Below are positions 20,495 through 29,672 of a stretch of 64,000 nt of DNA, piece after piece; position 1 is the first letter of the stretch; every line of letters starts with the position of its first letter. Under the pieces are notes generated by a model. It had not been told where the DNA came from. It searched no databases and saw only the letters and a program-made list of their open reading frames with translations. The stretch is from an uncultured Acidobacteriota bacterium (lineage in GTDB: Bacteria; Acidobacteriota; Vicinamibacteria; Vicinamibacterales; UBA2999). Made by a program: the position numbers and the translations under genes. Location of the stretch: assembly GCA_963827515.1 (NCBI GenBank), contig CAWHBF010000021.1, forward strand, positions 290,067 through 354,066, given 5' to 3'.

Positions 20495-21346
20495 TTACTT
20501 GAAGATCGCGCGCAGCGCCTCGAACTGGCTCGCGTCGGTCTCGTCGATCTTCATCGGCGTCACCGAGACCCAGCCATTTTCGACGGCCCAGAAGTCCGTC
20601 CCTTCAGGCTGCGGCTCACTCTTCCGCTCGGTGTACTGATTCCAATAGATCGTCCGGCCCGATGGGTGTTTCATCTCCACGAAGCTCTCGGTGCCGGTTC
20701 GGACCTGCCCCTGTCTCGTGATCATGTAGCCCTTGTAACCGCCCGCCGGCACGCCGGGAATGTTGACATTGAGATACGTGTTCGGTGCCAGACCCCACTG
20801 CTTGATGCGGCGGGCGACCCACACCACCTCTTCGGCCGCGTAGACGAGATCCTTCGGGAACGCCGCCCCCGACATCGACGCCGCGATCGCGGGAATCCCA
20901 TGTCGGGCGGCCTCTCGCGCCGCGCCAGCCGTGCCCGACACCTGCGTGGACAGGCCGAGGTTGTATTCAGTGTTGACGCCAGATACCACGAGGTCGGGAC
21001 GCGGCATCAGGATGTTCCTGATCGCGATGTTCACCGTACTCGCGGGCGTGGCGGTCAAGCCAATCGCCGGCAGCCCGTTCGGCAGAGTGAAGTCCTGACG
21101 GAACACGGCCTCCGAGGTGATGATGGCCTGTCCCTTCCCGGTCTGATTCTCGGCAGGCCCCACGATGATGGGGGTACCGATCGCCTGAAGCGCTTGTGCC
21201 ACCGCGGCGATCCCCGGCGCATTCACGCCATCGTCGTTGGTGACGAGAATGCGGTACGGTGGCGGCTGGCGGAACTGCTGCGCGTCCACGGGAGCGAGCA
21301 GACAAAAACCGGCGAGCAGAACCACGAGGATGCGCAGTCTGTGCAT
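20495..21346 (-). CDS. surE: 5'/3'-nucleotidase SurE with an N-terminal signal-like peptide
   Basis: ILVTNDDGVNAPGIAAVAQAL is the SurE signature. The N-terminus MHRLRILVVLLAGFCLLAPVDAQQ looks like a Sec signal. Confidence 0.85.
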   Translation of the reverse strand: MHRLRILVVLLAGFCLLAPVDAQQFRQPPPYRILVTNDDGVNAPGIAAVAQALQAIGTPIIVGPAENQTGKGQAIITSEAVFRQDFTLPNGLPAIGLTATPASTVNIAIRNILMPRPDLVVSGVNTEYNLGLSTQVSGTAGAAREAARHGIPAIAASMSGAAFPKDLVYAAEEVVWVARRIKQWGLAPNTYLNVNIPGVPAGGYKGYMITRQGQVRTGTESFVEMKHPSGRTIYWNQYTERKSEPQPEGTDFWAVENGWVSVTPMKIDETDASQFEALRAIFK

Positions 21347-21458
21347 GCGAGGAGATTATCAGATCGCAAGCGCGGCGGCGGCCGCTGCCGGGAGAGTCCA
21401 CTTGTCGGGTCGGCCCGCGTGACCTGGATTCACGAAGACCCTGAAGGGATCGAGTGCC

Positions 21459-21483
21459 GGGTGCTGAATCAACCTCAGCACCC
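21459..21483 (-). terminator. stem-loop downstream of hsp20 (gggtgctga-atcaacc-tcagcaccc)
   Basis: 9-bp perfect stem ~20 nt after the hsp20 stop on the minus strand. No clear U-tract. Confidence 0.3.
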
Positions 21484-21502
21484 GAGCACTCGAGGGTTTG
21501 CC

Positions 21503-21949
21503 TTACGCGGCGACGTTCACCGTGATCGTGCGCGGCTTGGCGTCCTCACGGAAGGGTAGTTTCACCGTCAGCACGCCGTTCTTGTATTCGGCAGTGACGC
21601 GCGACGCATCAACGGTCGTCGGCAGACTGAACGAGCGGCTGAATGCGCCGTACTGCCGTTCGACGCGGCGGAACTGGTCCTCCTTGACGTCGGTCGGGCG
21701 CTTGCGCTCGCCGCGCAGCGTCAACGTATCGTTCGCGACGGTGACCTCGATGTCCTCCCGGGTCATGTCCGGGAGCTCCGCCTTGATGACCAGGTCGCGC
21801 CCGTCGGTCTCGTAGATATCGACCGGCGGTGTCCAGGTGCTGGGTCCGTTCACGTCCTCATCCCGAAGATAGACGTTGCCGAACAGCCGATTCACTCGGC
21901 CCTGCAGCGTCGCGAACTCACGAAACGGATCGACTCGAACAATAGCCAT
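21503..21949 (-). CDS. Hsp20/alpha-crystallin family small heat-shock protein
   Basis: MAIVRVDPFREFATLQGRVNRLF...PPVDIYETDGRDLVIKAELPDMTREDIEVTV...GVLTVKLP. ATG 21949 is preceded by AGGAGG. Confidence 0.9.
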   Translation of the reverse strand: MAIVRVDPFREFATLQGRVNRLFGNVYLRDEDVNGPSTWTPPVDIYETDGRDLVIKAELPDMTREDIEVTVANDTLTLRGERKRPTDVKEDQFRRVERQYGAFSRSFSLPTTVDASRVTAEYKNGVLTVKLPFREDAKPRTITVNVAA

Positions 21950-21960
21950 GCTTTTCCTCC

Positions 21961-23667
21961 TCATGCGCCTACGACTTCGCCTTCTTTGACGTCCGGTGTT
22001 TCCGGGGACTCTGACCCGGCACCCGACGCCTGTTCCTTTGCTTGCTTCTCTTTCGCGTACGCCTCGGCTTCCGCCCTGTTGCGCTCGTCCACTTCGTCGC
22101 GTCGCGCCTTGTCTTCCGCGGCATGCGCTTGGGCGTCTTTCACCATGCGGTCGACCGCATCCTTTGTCAGGCCCGACGACGCGGTGATCGTGATTTTCTG
22201 CTCCTTGCCCGTGGCCACATCTTTCGCCGTGGCGCTGACAATGCCGTTGGCGTCGATGTCGAACGCCACCTCGATCTGCGGCACACCCCGTGGCGCCGGC
22301 GGCAGACCCGTCAGGTGAAAGCGGCCAAGCGTCCGATTGTCGCCAGCCATCGGCCGTTCACCCTGGAGCACATGCACCTCGACGCTCGTCTGACTGTCAG
22401 TGGCAGTCGAGAAGACCTCGCTCTTCCGCGTCGGTATCGTCGTGTTCCGCGGAATGAGCGTGGTCATGACACCACCCAGCGTCTCGATGCCGAGCGACAG
22501 CGGGGTCACGTCCAGCAAGAGCACGTCCTTCACGTCGCCCTTCAGCACGCCGGCCTGAATGGCCGCACCCACGGCGACGACCTCATCCGGATTCACGCCC
22601 TTGTGCGGTTCCTTGCCGAAGTACTCCTTGACGAGCTGCTGAATCTTCGGCACTCGGGTCGACCCGCCGACGAGCACGACCTCGTCGATGTCCGACGGAT
22701 TGACGCCGGCGTCGGCCAGCGCCTGCTTGACCGGCGCCATCGACCGCTGCAACAGGTCATCGACGAGCTGTTCGAACTTGGCCCGCGTCAGCTTCATCTG
22801 CAGGTGCTTCGGTCCGGTCTGATCCGCCGTAATGAACGGCAAGTTGATGTCGGTCTCGATCACGGTGGACAGCTCGATCTTGGCCTTCTCGGCGGCTTCC
22901 TTCAGCCGCTGAAGCGCCATTCGATCGCGACTGAGATCCAGGCCGTCGCTCTTCTTGAACTCAGCGACGATCCACTCGACCACACGCTGATCCAGGTCGT
23001 CGCCGCCGAGATGCGTGTCGCCATTGGTCGACTTGACCTCGACAACGCCTTCGCCGACTTCGAGGATCGAGATATCGAACGTGCCGCCGCCGAAGTCGTA
23101 CACGGCGATCGTCTCGTCCTTTTTCTTGTCGAGACCATAGGCCAGCGCGGCCGCCGTGGGCTCGTTGACGATGCGGAGCACGTTGAGGCCCGCGATACGG
23201 CCGGCGTCCTTCGTCGCCTGACGCTGGGCGTCATTGAAGTAGGCCGGTACCGTGATGACCGCGTCGGTCACCTCTTCGCCAAGGTGATCCTTCGCCGCCG
23301 TCTTGAGCTTTTGAAGAATCATCGCGGAGATTTCCGGCGGCGAGTACTTCTTGCCGCGTACCTCCACGGACACGTCGCCGTTCTCCGCTCGCGCGACATG
23401 GAACGGGACACGTGTGGCCTCCTGGGCCACCTCGCTGTGCTTGCGGCCCATGAAGCGCTTGATCGAGAAAATCGTGTTCTCGGGATTGGTGACTGCCTGC
23501 CGTTTGGCGACCTGACCGACCAGCCGTTCGCCGTCCTTCGTCACGCCGACCACTGAAGGGGTCGTGCGTGCGCCCTCCTGATTCACGATGACCGCGGCCT
23601 CTCCCCCTTCGATGACGGCAACGACGGAGTTCGTGGTGCCGAGGTCGATACCAATTACTTTGCTCAT
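21961..23667 (-). CDS. dnaK: Hsp70 chaperone DnaK, short form (568 aa, C-terminal lid truncated)
   Basis: [22 protein letters not shown]..., DLGGGTFD and the other Hsp70 signatures are present. Only ~68 aa follow [10 protein letters not shown], versus ~130 in E. coli DnaK. Confidence 0.9.
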   Translation of the reverse strand: MSKVIGIDLGTTNSVVAVIEGGEAAVIVNQEGARTTPSVVGVTKDGERLVGQVAKRQAVTNPENTIFSIKRFMGRKHSEVAQEATRVPFHVARAENGDVSVEVRGKKYSPPEISAMILQKLKTAAKDHLGEEVTDAVITVPAYFNDAQRQATKDAGRIAGLNVLRIVNEPTAAALAYGLDKKKDETIAVYDFGGGTFDISILEVGEGVVEVKSTNGDTHLGGDDLDQRVVEWIVAEFKKSDGLDLSRDRMALQRLKEAAEKAKIELSTVIETDINLPFITADQTGPKHLQMKLTRAKFEQLVDDLLQRSMAPVKQALADAGVNPSDIDEVVLVGGSTRVPKIQQLVKEYFGKEPHKGVNPDEVVAVGAAIQAGVLKGDVKDVLLLDVTPLSLGIETLGGVMTTLIPRNTTIPTRKSEVFSTATDSQTSVEVHVLQGERPMAGDNRTLGRFHLTGLPPAPRGVPQIEVAFDIDANGIVSATAKDVATGKEQKITITASSGLTKDAVDRMVKDAQAHAAEDKARRDEVDERNRAEAEAYAKEKQAKEQASGAGSESPETPDVKEGEVVGA

Positions 23668-23689
23668 GTCTGAATACCTCAGGTCTTGA

Positions 23690-23718
23690 ATAGTAAACAG
23701 TATATGAGTTTATGTCAA
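23690..23718 (-). promoter_or_regulatory. sigma70-type promoter for dnaK (TTGACA-17 nt-TACTAT)
   Basis: Minus strand reads TTGACA (23718-23713), a 17-nt spacer, then TACTAT (23695-23690). GAGG Shine-Dalgarno precedes the dnaK ATG. Confidence 0.5.
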
Positions 23719-23754
23719 TATGATTATCTTAGTCTATTTACACTCATATGTACT
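23699..23754. promoter_or_regulatory. inverted repeat AGTATATGAGT ... ACTCATATGTACT in an AT-rich divergent control region
   Basis: 8-nt perfect core ATATGAGT / ACTCATAT separated by 32 nt. One arm lies inside the dnaK promoter spacer. The surrounding ~90 nt is the most AT-rich stretch in the window. Confidence 0.4.
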
Positions 23755-23863
23755 CGAAGATCCTCAGGCCAGCCCTTCTGCGGGTGCCTCAATAGCGGCG
23801 CAAAGAGCACTAAGACGCCACGCCATGCACAGCCATGCACGGGCGAGGCGGTCGTGTGCGATC

Positions 23864-24322
23864 ATGGACGGGCCGATGGCTCAGTCCCCACCCCTCCTGC
23901 CCGGCGACGCTACCGACCTCGCTGACGACATCCGAGAGCTCTTCGACGACCTGTCCCGCAAGGGCTCCGGATCCCAGGGAACCTATTCCGGCGACTGCCA
24001 CCCGTCGCTCGATGTTCGCGAGACCGAGCTGACCGTGGAGGTGACGATTGACATCGCCGGGGTGCCGGCAGAGTCGATTCGCGTGCTGTTTCGATCGGGC
24101 GTGCTGCTCATCGCGGGTGACAAGACACCGGCCGCGACGCCGGCGCCTCCAATTTTTCATCTCGTCGAGAGGGCGTTTGGACGCTTCGCACGCGCCGTGC
24201 GTCTTGGCAGCGCATTCGACGTGCAGGGCGCACGGGCGGCCCTGCGTGACGGCGAACTGACGATCACGCTCCCAAAGCAGCCCGAACGACGCGGTCAGGC
24301 ACACCGCATCCCAGTCGGATGA
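23864..24322 (+). CDS. Hsp20/alpha-crystallin family small heat-shock protein
   Basis: ...HPSLDVRETELTVEVTIDIAGVPAESIRVLFRSGVLLIAGDK...GELTITLPK. ATG 23864 preferred over the ORF-track start 23720. Confidence 0.8.
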   Translation: MDGPMAQSPPLLPGDATDLADDIRELFDDLSRKGSGSQGTYSGDCHPSLDVRETELTVEVTIDIAGVPAESIRVLFRSGVLLIAGDKTPAATPAPPIFHLVERAFGRFARAVRLGSAFDVQGARAALRDGELTITLPKQPERRGQAHRIPVG

Positions 24323-25152
24323 ACATCCTTTTCATCGGAGACATCATCGGCCGCCCTGGTCGCGAGCTGATCCGTGTGGGTCTCCGCGCGCTCGTGGATC
24401 GCTACAGCCTCGATCTCGTCATCGCGAACGCGGAAAACTCGGCCGCCGGGTTCGGCATTACCAAGGACATCGGGGACACGCTGCTCGAGTGGGGCGTCGA
24501 TGTCATGACGTCGGGCAATCACATCTGGGACAAAAAGGAGGCGATGCCCTACATCGCTGGAGAGCCGCGCCTCCTTCGTCCGGCTAACTATCCTGCCGGT
24601 GTACCAGGCCGCGGAAGCTACGTGGCGCAGACCGGCGACGGACGCGCCGTCGGCGTCATCAACGTCATGGGTCGAGTCTTCATGCTCAACATCGACGACC
24701 CGTTCGCCGTGGTCCTGCGGGAGATCGAAGCGATCCGACATCGCACGCGCGTCATCATCGTCGACTTCCACGCGGAAGCCACGAGCGAAAAAGTGGCGAT
24801 GGGATGGCACCTCGACGGAAAGGTCACGGCAGTTCTCGGCACGCACACCCACGTGCAGACGGCCGATGAACGAGTACTGCCGGGTGGCACCGCTTACCTG
24901 ACCGACGCCGGGATGACCGGCCCGCACGATTCCATCATCGGCATGGAGAAGGAGCCTTCGCTCGCGCGCTTCCTCAACGCCATGCCGTCGAGATTCGAAC
25001 CCGCCACGGGCAATCCCCGGTTGAACGGTGCGGTGATCGAGGCCGACGACAAGACGGGCCGAGCGACGAACATCACCCGCATCAGTTTCTCCGAACGGGA
25101 GCTGCTCGAACTGCCGGCGACCATCCACGCGACGCCGACACGAACCGCATGA
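24319..25152 (+). CDS. YmdB-family metallophosphoesterase (2',3'-cyclic-nucleotide phosphodiesterase-like)
   Basis: [18 protein letters not shown]...[15 protein letters not shown]...[10 protein letters not shown]...[10 protein letters not shown]...[14 protein letters not shown], typical of the TIGR00282/YmdB family. Confidence 0.85.
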   Translation: MNILFIGDIIGRPGRELIRVGLRALVDRYSLDLVIANAENSAAGFGITKDIGDTLLEWGVDVMTSGNHIWDKKEAMPYIAGEPRLLRPANYPAGVPGRGSYVAQTGDGRAVGVINVMGRVFMLNIDDPFAVVLREIEAIRHRTRVIIVDFHAEATSEKVAMGWHLDGKVTAVLGTHTHVQTADERVLPGGTAYLTDAGMTGPHDSIIGMEKEPSLARFLNAMPSRFEPATGNPRLNGAVIEADDKTGRATNITRISFSERELLELPATIHATPTRTA

Positions 25153-26580
25153 CCTCGCTGCTCGATCTGCCTTTCGACGAGCCGGAACGACCGGCGCCTG
25201 TCGTCCCCGACGCTCCGCCGCGACGACGGATCCTCACGGTCTCGGAGCTGACTGCAGATGTCCGGACGCTTCTCGAAGAACGATTCATCGAGGTCTGGGT
25301 CGAGGGCGAACTTTCGAACAGCCGGGTGTGGAACACCGGGCACATGTACTTCACCCTGAAGGACGCCGGCGCGCAGATCAAGGGCGTCATGTTTCGATCG
25401 GCGCTCCGCGCACTTCGATTTGCACCGCAGGACGGCCTTCGCGTCGTGGCACGCGGACGCGTCAGCGTCTACGACCCCAAGGGGGAGTATCAGCTCGTCT
25501 GCGAGCACCTCGAACCCGAGGGCCTCGGCGCTTTGCAGGTCGCCTTCGATCAGCTCAAGCAGAGACTTTCGGCGGAAGGCCTCTTCGATCCGGCCCGAAA
25601 GCGGGCACTCCCCGTACTCCCCAGGAAGATCGGCGTCGTCACGTCCCTCGATGGAGCGGCCATCCGCGACATCATTCATGTGTTGCGCCGCCGCTATCCC
25701 AACGCGCACATCGTCATTCGTCCAACGCGCGTCCAGGGAGAAGGTGCGGCGCCCGAGATTGCCGCCGCGATTTCCGCAATCGGGAGGGTCCCCGCGGTTG
25801 ATGTCGTGATCATCGCGCGCGGCGGTGGGTCGATCGAAGATCTCTGGGCGTTCAACGAGGAGATCGTCGCGCGGGTGATCGCACGCTGTCCGGTGCCGAC
25901 GATTTCCGCCGTGGGCCACGAGACCGACGTCACGATTGCTGACTTCGTCGCCGATCTTCGAGCGCCCACGCCGTCGGCGGCCGCCGAAATCGTCGTCGCC
26001 AGGAAGGACGACTTCGCAGCCCGCATCGACCGGCTGTCGCACCGTGTCCATTCGACCATGCAGGCGCGTGTGCACAGGTGCGAGTCGCGGTTGCGGGCGC
26101 TCGAGGCAAGGCCAGGCTTCGCTGGCTTCCGTGGCCGGCTGGCCATGCGCGGCCGGCATGTCGCCGACGTCACGCACGAGATCCGCCGCGCGATGCGCCT
26201 CCGCATGACCGCCGCCGAGCGGACTGCCCAGTCGCTGCAGCGAACGCTCGAGACCTTCGATCTGCGCAGGCGGCTCGGACGGGTTCGCGCGCGTCTGGTC
26301 GCGGCCGATGGTCGGTTGACAGCCGCCAGTGCGACGCAGCCGTCATCGTGCCGACCGGCAGTTACGCGGAGCAGCCGCACGGCTGGAAGCGCTCAGCCCT
26401 CTCGCCGTGTTGGGCCGGGGCTATGCGGTCTGCTGGAACGCCGACCGCACCGCGGTCATCCGCGAGGCAAGTGCGGTGGCTTCGGGTGAGCACGTCCGCG
26501 TCACCCTGGCACAGGGCGAACTAGAATGTGCGGTGACGGGCCGCAGAGACACGGCGACGGGACTTCCCAGGTCCGGCTAA
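25149..26580 (+). CDS. xseA: exodeoxyribonuclease VII large subunit, frameshifted near 26328
   Basis: N-terminal OB fold [44 protein letters not shown]. The conserved C-terminus [52 protein letters not shown] is encoded in the +1 frame (ORF 26329-26580). Confidence 0.85.
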
Positions 26581-26654
26581 AGCCGGACACTACGTACGCA
26601 CTGAGCCATTGACGGGGCGTGCGAGACGATCGTAGTGTCCGGCTTCAGCCGGAC
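26571..26654. repeat. composite REP-like palindrome (two 24-nt arms, each containing its own small hairpin)
   Basis: gtccggctaaagccggacactacg ... cgtagtgtccggcttcagccggac. The left arm supplies the last codons and the TAA stop of the frame-corrected xseA. Confidence 0.8.
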
Positions 26655-26760
26655 CCTTGTGACAGACACACTGAGACGATGACCGGAAAAAGACTGCTCT
26701 GTGCTTCTCTTCATCTGTGGCCCGTGAGAGTGCGCACGCGGCCTGCAAGGATGGATACGC

Positions 26761-27018
26761 GTGGATGACACGATCAAGGACTTCGAAGCGGCGATCGCCG
26801 AACTCGAAGCACTCGTGAAGAAGCTCGAAGAAGGTGACATCCCGCTCGAGACCTCCTTGAAGCTTTACGAGAGGGGCGTGCATCTCTCACGTTTCTGCCA
26901 CTCGCGGCTCGAAGATGCGGAACGCCGCATCGAAGTATTGAACGAGCGCGGACAACTCAAACCCGCTCCTCCATCGCTCGGCGACGACGACGATGCAAGG
27001 CCGAAAGGCAAGGGTTAG
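26761..27018 (+). CDS. xseB: exodeoxyribonuclease VII small subunit
   Basis: FEAAIAELEALVKKLEEGDIPLETSLKLYERGVHLSRFCHSRLEDAERRIEVL is a canonical XseB sequence. Confidence 0.9.
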   Translation: MDDTIKDFEAAIAELEALVKKLEEGDIPLETSLKLYERGVHLSRFCHSRLEDAERRIEVLNERGQLKPAPPSLGDDDDARPKGKG

Positions 27019-27113
27019 GGCGTCGACGAGCGTACGCATTACAGGTTCACAGTCTGACTCCACAGTTCAGCGAGTATCTTCAAGCGAGGCGCGGTGAGAT
27101 CGAGGCAGCGCTC

Positions 27114-27977
27114 GTGGGTGCGCTGCCGGCTCCACCGCAGTGCCCTGCAGTCATCGCGACCGCCATGGGCTACAGCCTCGCCGCGGGCGGAAAGCGGCTT
27201 CGACCGGTACTCTGTTTGGCCGGCGCCGATGCTGTGGGTTCGGATCGCGAACTGGCGATGCCGGCCGCATGTGCATTGGAGCTCATCCATACCTACTCGC
27301 TCATCCACGACGACTTGCCGGCCATGGACAACGACAGTCTCCGGCGAGGTCGACCGACGTTGCACGTCGTGGCAGGCGACGGCCTGGCCATCCTTGCCGG
27401 CGACGGCCTGCTGACGGAGGCGTTCGCGCTGCTGGCCCGAGCCCCCGCGAGCGCCGATCCCGGCATCGTCGCGCGCAAGCTTCGTGTCATTGGGCTCATC
27501 GCCGACGCCGCCGGCGCTGCCGGCATGGTCGGCGGACAGGCAATCGACCTCGCCTGCACCACTCCAGATCCGTCCGGCCGGCTCGCTCCGCCACTCGACG
27601 CCGAGGGCGTTCGACTCATGCACGCGCGCAAGACGGGCGCACTGATACGGGCGTCGGCGGTGGCAGGCGCCATCATGGGGGGAGGCGGCGAAACCGAAAT
27701 CGGCCACATCGATGCCGCGGCGGCAGAGTTCGGGCTCGCCTTCCAGATCGTGGATGACATCCTTGATGTCGAGGGTGTCTCCACGCTCCTTGGAAAAACA
27801 CCGGGGAAGGACGCCGTAGCCGGCAAACCGACCTACCCTGCGTTGTACGGCCTTCCCGCCGCGCGACAGATGGCGACCGAATGCCTCGAGCGCGCTGAGG
27901 GCTCCTTGCGCACGGCTGGTCTGGCCGATTCCTGGCTGATGGAGATCGGTCGCTGGATCGTGAATCGGTCGAATTGA
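27114..27977 (+). CDS. ispA: polyprenyl diphosphate synthase (FPP/GGPP synthase type)
   Basis: LIHDDLPAMDNDSLRRG (first DDxxD region) and FQIVDDILD (second). The in-frame upstream sequence (...QFSEYLQARRGEIEAAL) suggests the true start lies upstream of GTG 27114 at a non-ATG codon. Confidence 0.85.
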   Translation: MGALPAPPQCPAVIATAMGYSLAAGGKRLRPVLCLAGADAVGSDRELAMPAACALELIHTYSLIHDDLPAMDNDSLRRGRPTLHVVAGDGLAILAGDGLLTEAFALLARAPASADPGIVARKLRVIGLIADAAGAAGMVGGQAIDLACTTPDPSGRLAPPLDAEGVRLMHARKTGALIRASAVAGAIMGGGGETEIGHIDAAAAEFGLAFQIVDDILDVEGVSTLLGKTPGKDAVAGKPTYPALYGLPAARQMATECLERAEGSLRTAGLADSWLMEIGRWIVNRSN

Positions 27978-27978
27978 C

Positions 27979-28707
27979 GTGGCCAAGGTCCGCCTCGATC
28001 AGCTCGTCGCGGAACGGGGTCTCGCGCCGTCGCGTGAGCGCGCGCGAGCGCTGATTCTCGCCGCGCAGGTCAGCGTCGAAGGCCGGGTGATCAGCAAGGC
28101 CGGAACACAGGTCGAGGTGGACGTCGAGATCGCCCTGCTTGGACACGAGCACGAGTGGGTGGGCCGCGGCGGACTCAAGTTGGCGCACGCGCTCGACACG
28201 TTCGGCATCGACGTCACCGGACGAGAGGCGCTCGACATCGGGGCGTCGACGGGCGGATTCACCGACGTCCTCCTCAAGAGAGGCGCGTCGCGTGTCGTCG
28301 CACTCGACGTCGGGCACAACCAACTCGACTGGGCCATCCGGAGCGATCCGCGTGTTGTCGTCGTCGAACGCTTCAACGCACGACGGCTGACGGCGGCCGA
28401 CCTTCCAGCCCCGGTGGACGTCGTCTGCATCGACGTGTCGTTCATCTCGTTGCGGCTGATCCTGCCAGCCGTGCCGCCGCTCCTCCGGCCCGGCGCCGAC
28501 GTGATCGCCCTCGTCAAGCCGCAATTCGAAGCGGGACGAACCGAGGTCGGCCGCGGGGTGATTCGCGACCCCGCGATCCATGCGCGAGTGGTCGACGAGG
28601 TCAGCGCCGCCGCGGCTGCTGTAGGATTGACACCCAGAGCGACCACACCTTCGCCGATCACCGGACAGAAGGGCAACGTCGAATTCCTCCTGCACTTGCG
28701 CCCATGA
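27979..28707 (+). CDS. tlyA: TlyA-family rRNA (cytidine-2'-O)-methyltransferase
   Basis: MAKVRLDQLVAERGLAPSRERARALILAAQVSVEG (S4 domain) followed by LDIGASTGGFTDVLL (FtsJ-like SAM motif). Confidence 0.9.
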   Translation: MAKVRLDQLVAERGLAPSRERARALILAAQVSVEGRVISKAGTQVEVDVEIALLGHEHEWVGRGGLKLAHALDTFGIDVTGREALDIGASTGGFTDVLLKRGASRVVALDVGHNQLDWAIRSDPRVVVVERFNARRLTAADLPAPVDVVCIDVSFISLRLILPAVPPLLRPGADVIALVKPQFEAGRTEVGRGVIRDPAIHARVVDEVSAAAAAVGLTPRATTPSPITGQKGNVEFLLHLRP

Positions 28708-29588
28708 ATGTCAGACGTGTCGGCATCGTCGCCAAGAACGGCCTCGTCGCCGCATCCGAGCACGTCTCACAGCTCGGAGCATGGCTGCGCGCTCGGGGAG
28801 TCGAGGCGGTGTACGAAACCGATACCGCGACCCTGGCGGGATCGGCTGCGCAGGGTGCGCGCACGGCGACGCGCGATCTGCTGCCCAACGACGTCGATGT
28901 GATCGTCGTACTGGGAGGCGACGGCACGCTGCTCGCGATGGCGGCGCGCATCGCCCGTTCGGGGCGCGACATCCCCATTCTTGGCGTGAACTTCGGGAGC
29001 CTCGGTTTTCTCACGGAGATTCGTATCGACGAGCTCCTGCCGTCGATGGAGAGCGTGCTCGGCGGCACGGCCACGCTGGACGAACGCGCGATGCTCGAGG
29101 CCGTCGCGTACCGGAACGGTCAGGTGTTCGACACGCGCATCGTCCTGAACGATGTGGTCTTCACCAAGGCGGCGCTCTCACGCATGATCGAGCTGTCCGT
29201 CTCCGTCAGCACCGGATTCGTGACGCGCGTCAAGGCCGATGGACTGATCATCGCCAGCGCAACGGGCTCCACTGCGTACAACCTTGCCGCAGGCGGCCCC
29301 ATCGTCCATCCCATGGTGGATGCGTTCGTTCTCACGCCGATCGCCCCACATACGCTGACCAATCGTCCCGTCGTCATTCCCGGCAGCACCGTTGTCGAAG
29401 TGCGGCCGCACGCGAACGGAGAGCCGGAGGACGTGTTCGTCACCTACGACGGCCAGTCGGGGTACCCGCTCAACGAAGGCGACCTCGTCCAGGTGCGCAA
29501 GTCCGCACACGTGTTGAGACTCGTCAAAGGCCCCGCGCGCGGGTACTTCGAAGTGCTGAGAGAAAAGCTGAAGTGGGGCGAGCGATGA
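28704..29588 (+). CDS. nadK: NAD+ kinase
   Basis: MNVRRVGIVAK..., VVLGGDGTLL, GVNFGSLGFLTE, ASATGSTAYNLAAGGP. ATGA overlap with the tlyA stop; the ORF-track start 28155 is read-through. Confidence 0.9.
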   Translation: MNVRRVGIVAKNGLVAASEHVSQLGAWLRARGVEAVYETDTATLAGSAAQGARTATRDLLPNDVDVIVVLGGDGTLLAMAARIARSGRDIPILGVNFGSLGFLTEIRIDELLPSMESVLGGTATLDERAMLEAVAYRNGQVFDTRIVLNDVVFTKAALSRMIELSVSVSTGFVTRVKADGLIIASATGSTAYNLAAGGPIVHPMVDAFVLTPIAPHTLTNRPVVIPGSTVVEVRPHANGEPEDVFVTYDGQSGYPLNEGDLVQVRKSAHVLRLVKGPARGYFEVLREKLKWGER

Positions 29589-29672
29589 CTGACGCGCGCC
29601 TCGTTCAGCGGCTGGTTCTCGCCGCTCTAGCCCCCTTACTCGCCTGTAACCTTTAACCGATACATTCTGCGA

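Noticed and set aside
23668-23760. CIRCE (HrcA) or HAIR (HspR) operator upstream of dnaK.
   Set aside because: Neither TTAGCACTC-N9-GAGTGCTAA nor CTTGAGT-N7-ACTCAAG is present. Only the different ATATGAGT/ACTCATAT repeat is reported in findings.
28155-29588. ORF-track N-terminal extensions that look like fusion proteins: nadK from 28155, gatA from 18863, envC-like from 33421, thiL from 44276, 5'-nucleotidase from 9746, HEAT-like gene from 17825.
   Set aside because: The extensions overlap the preceding conserved gene in another frame and are Arg-rich nonsense. Each gene has an internal ATG/GTG that coincides with the start of homology, often with a stop/start overlap or a Shine-Dalgarno.
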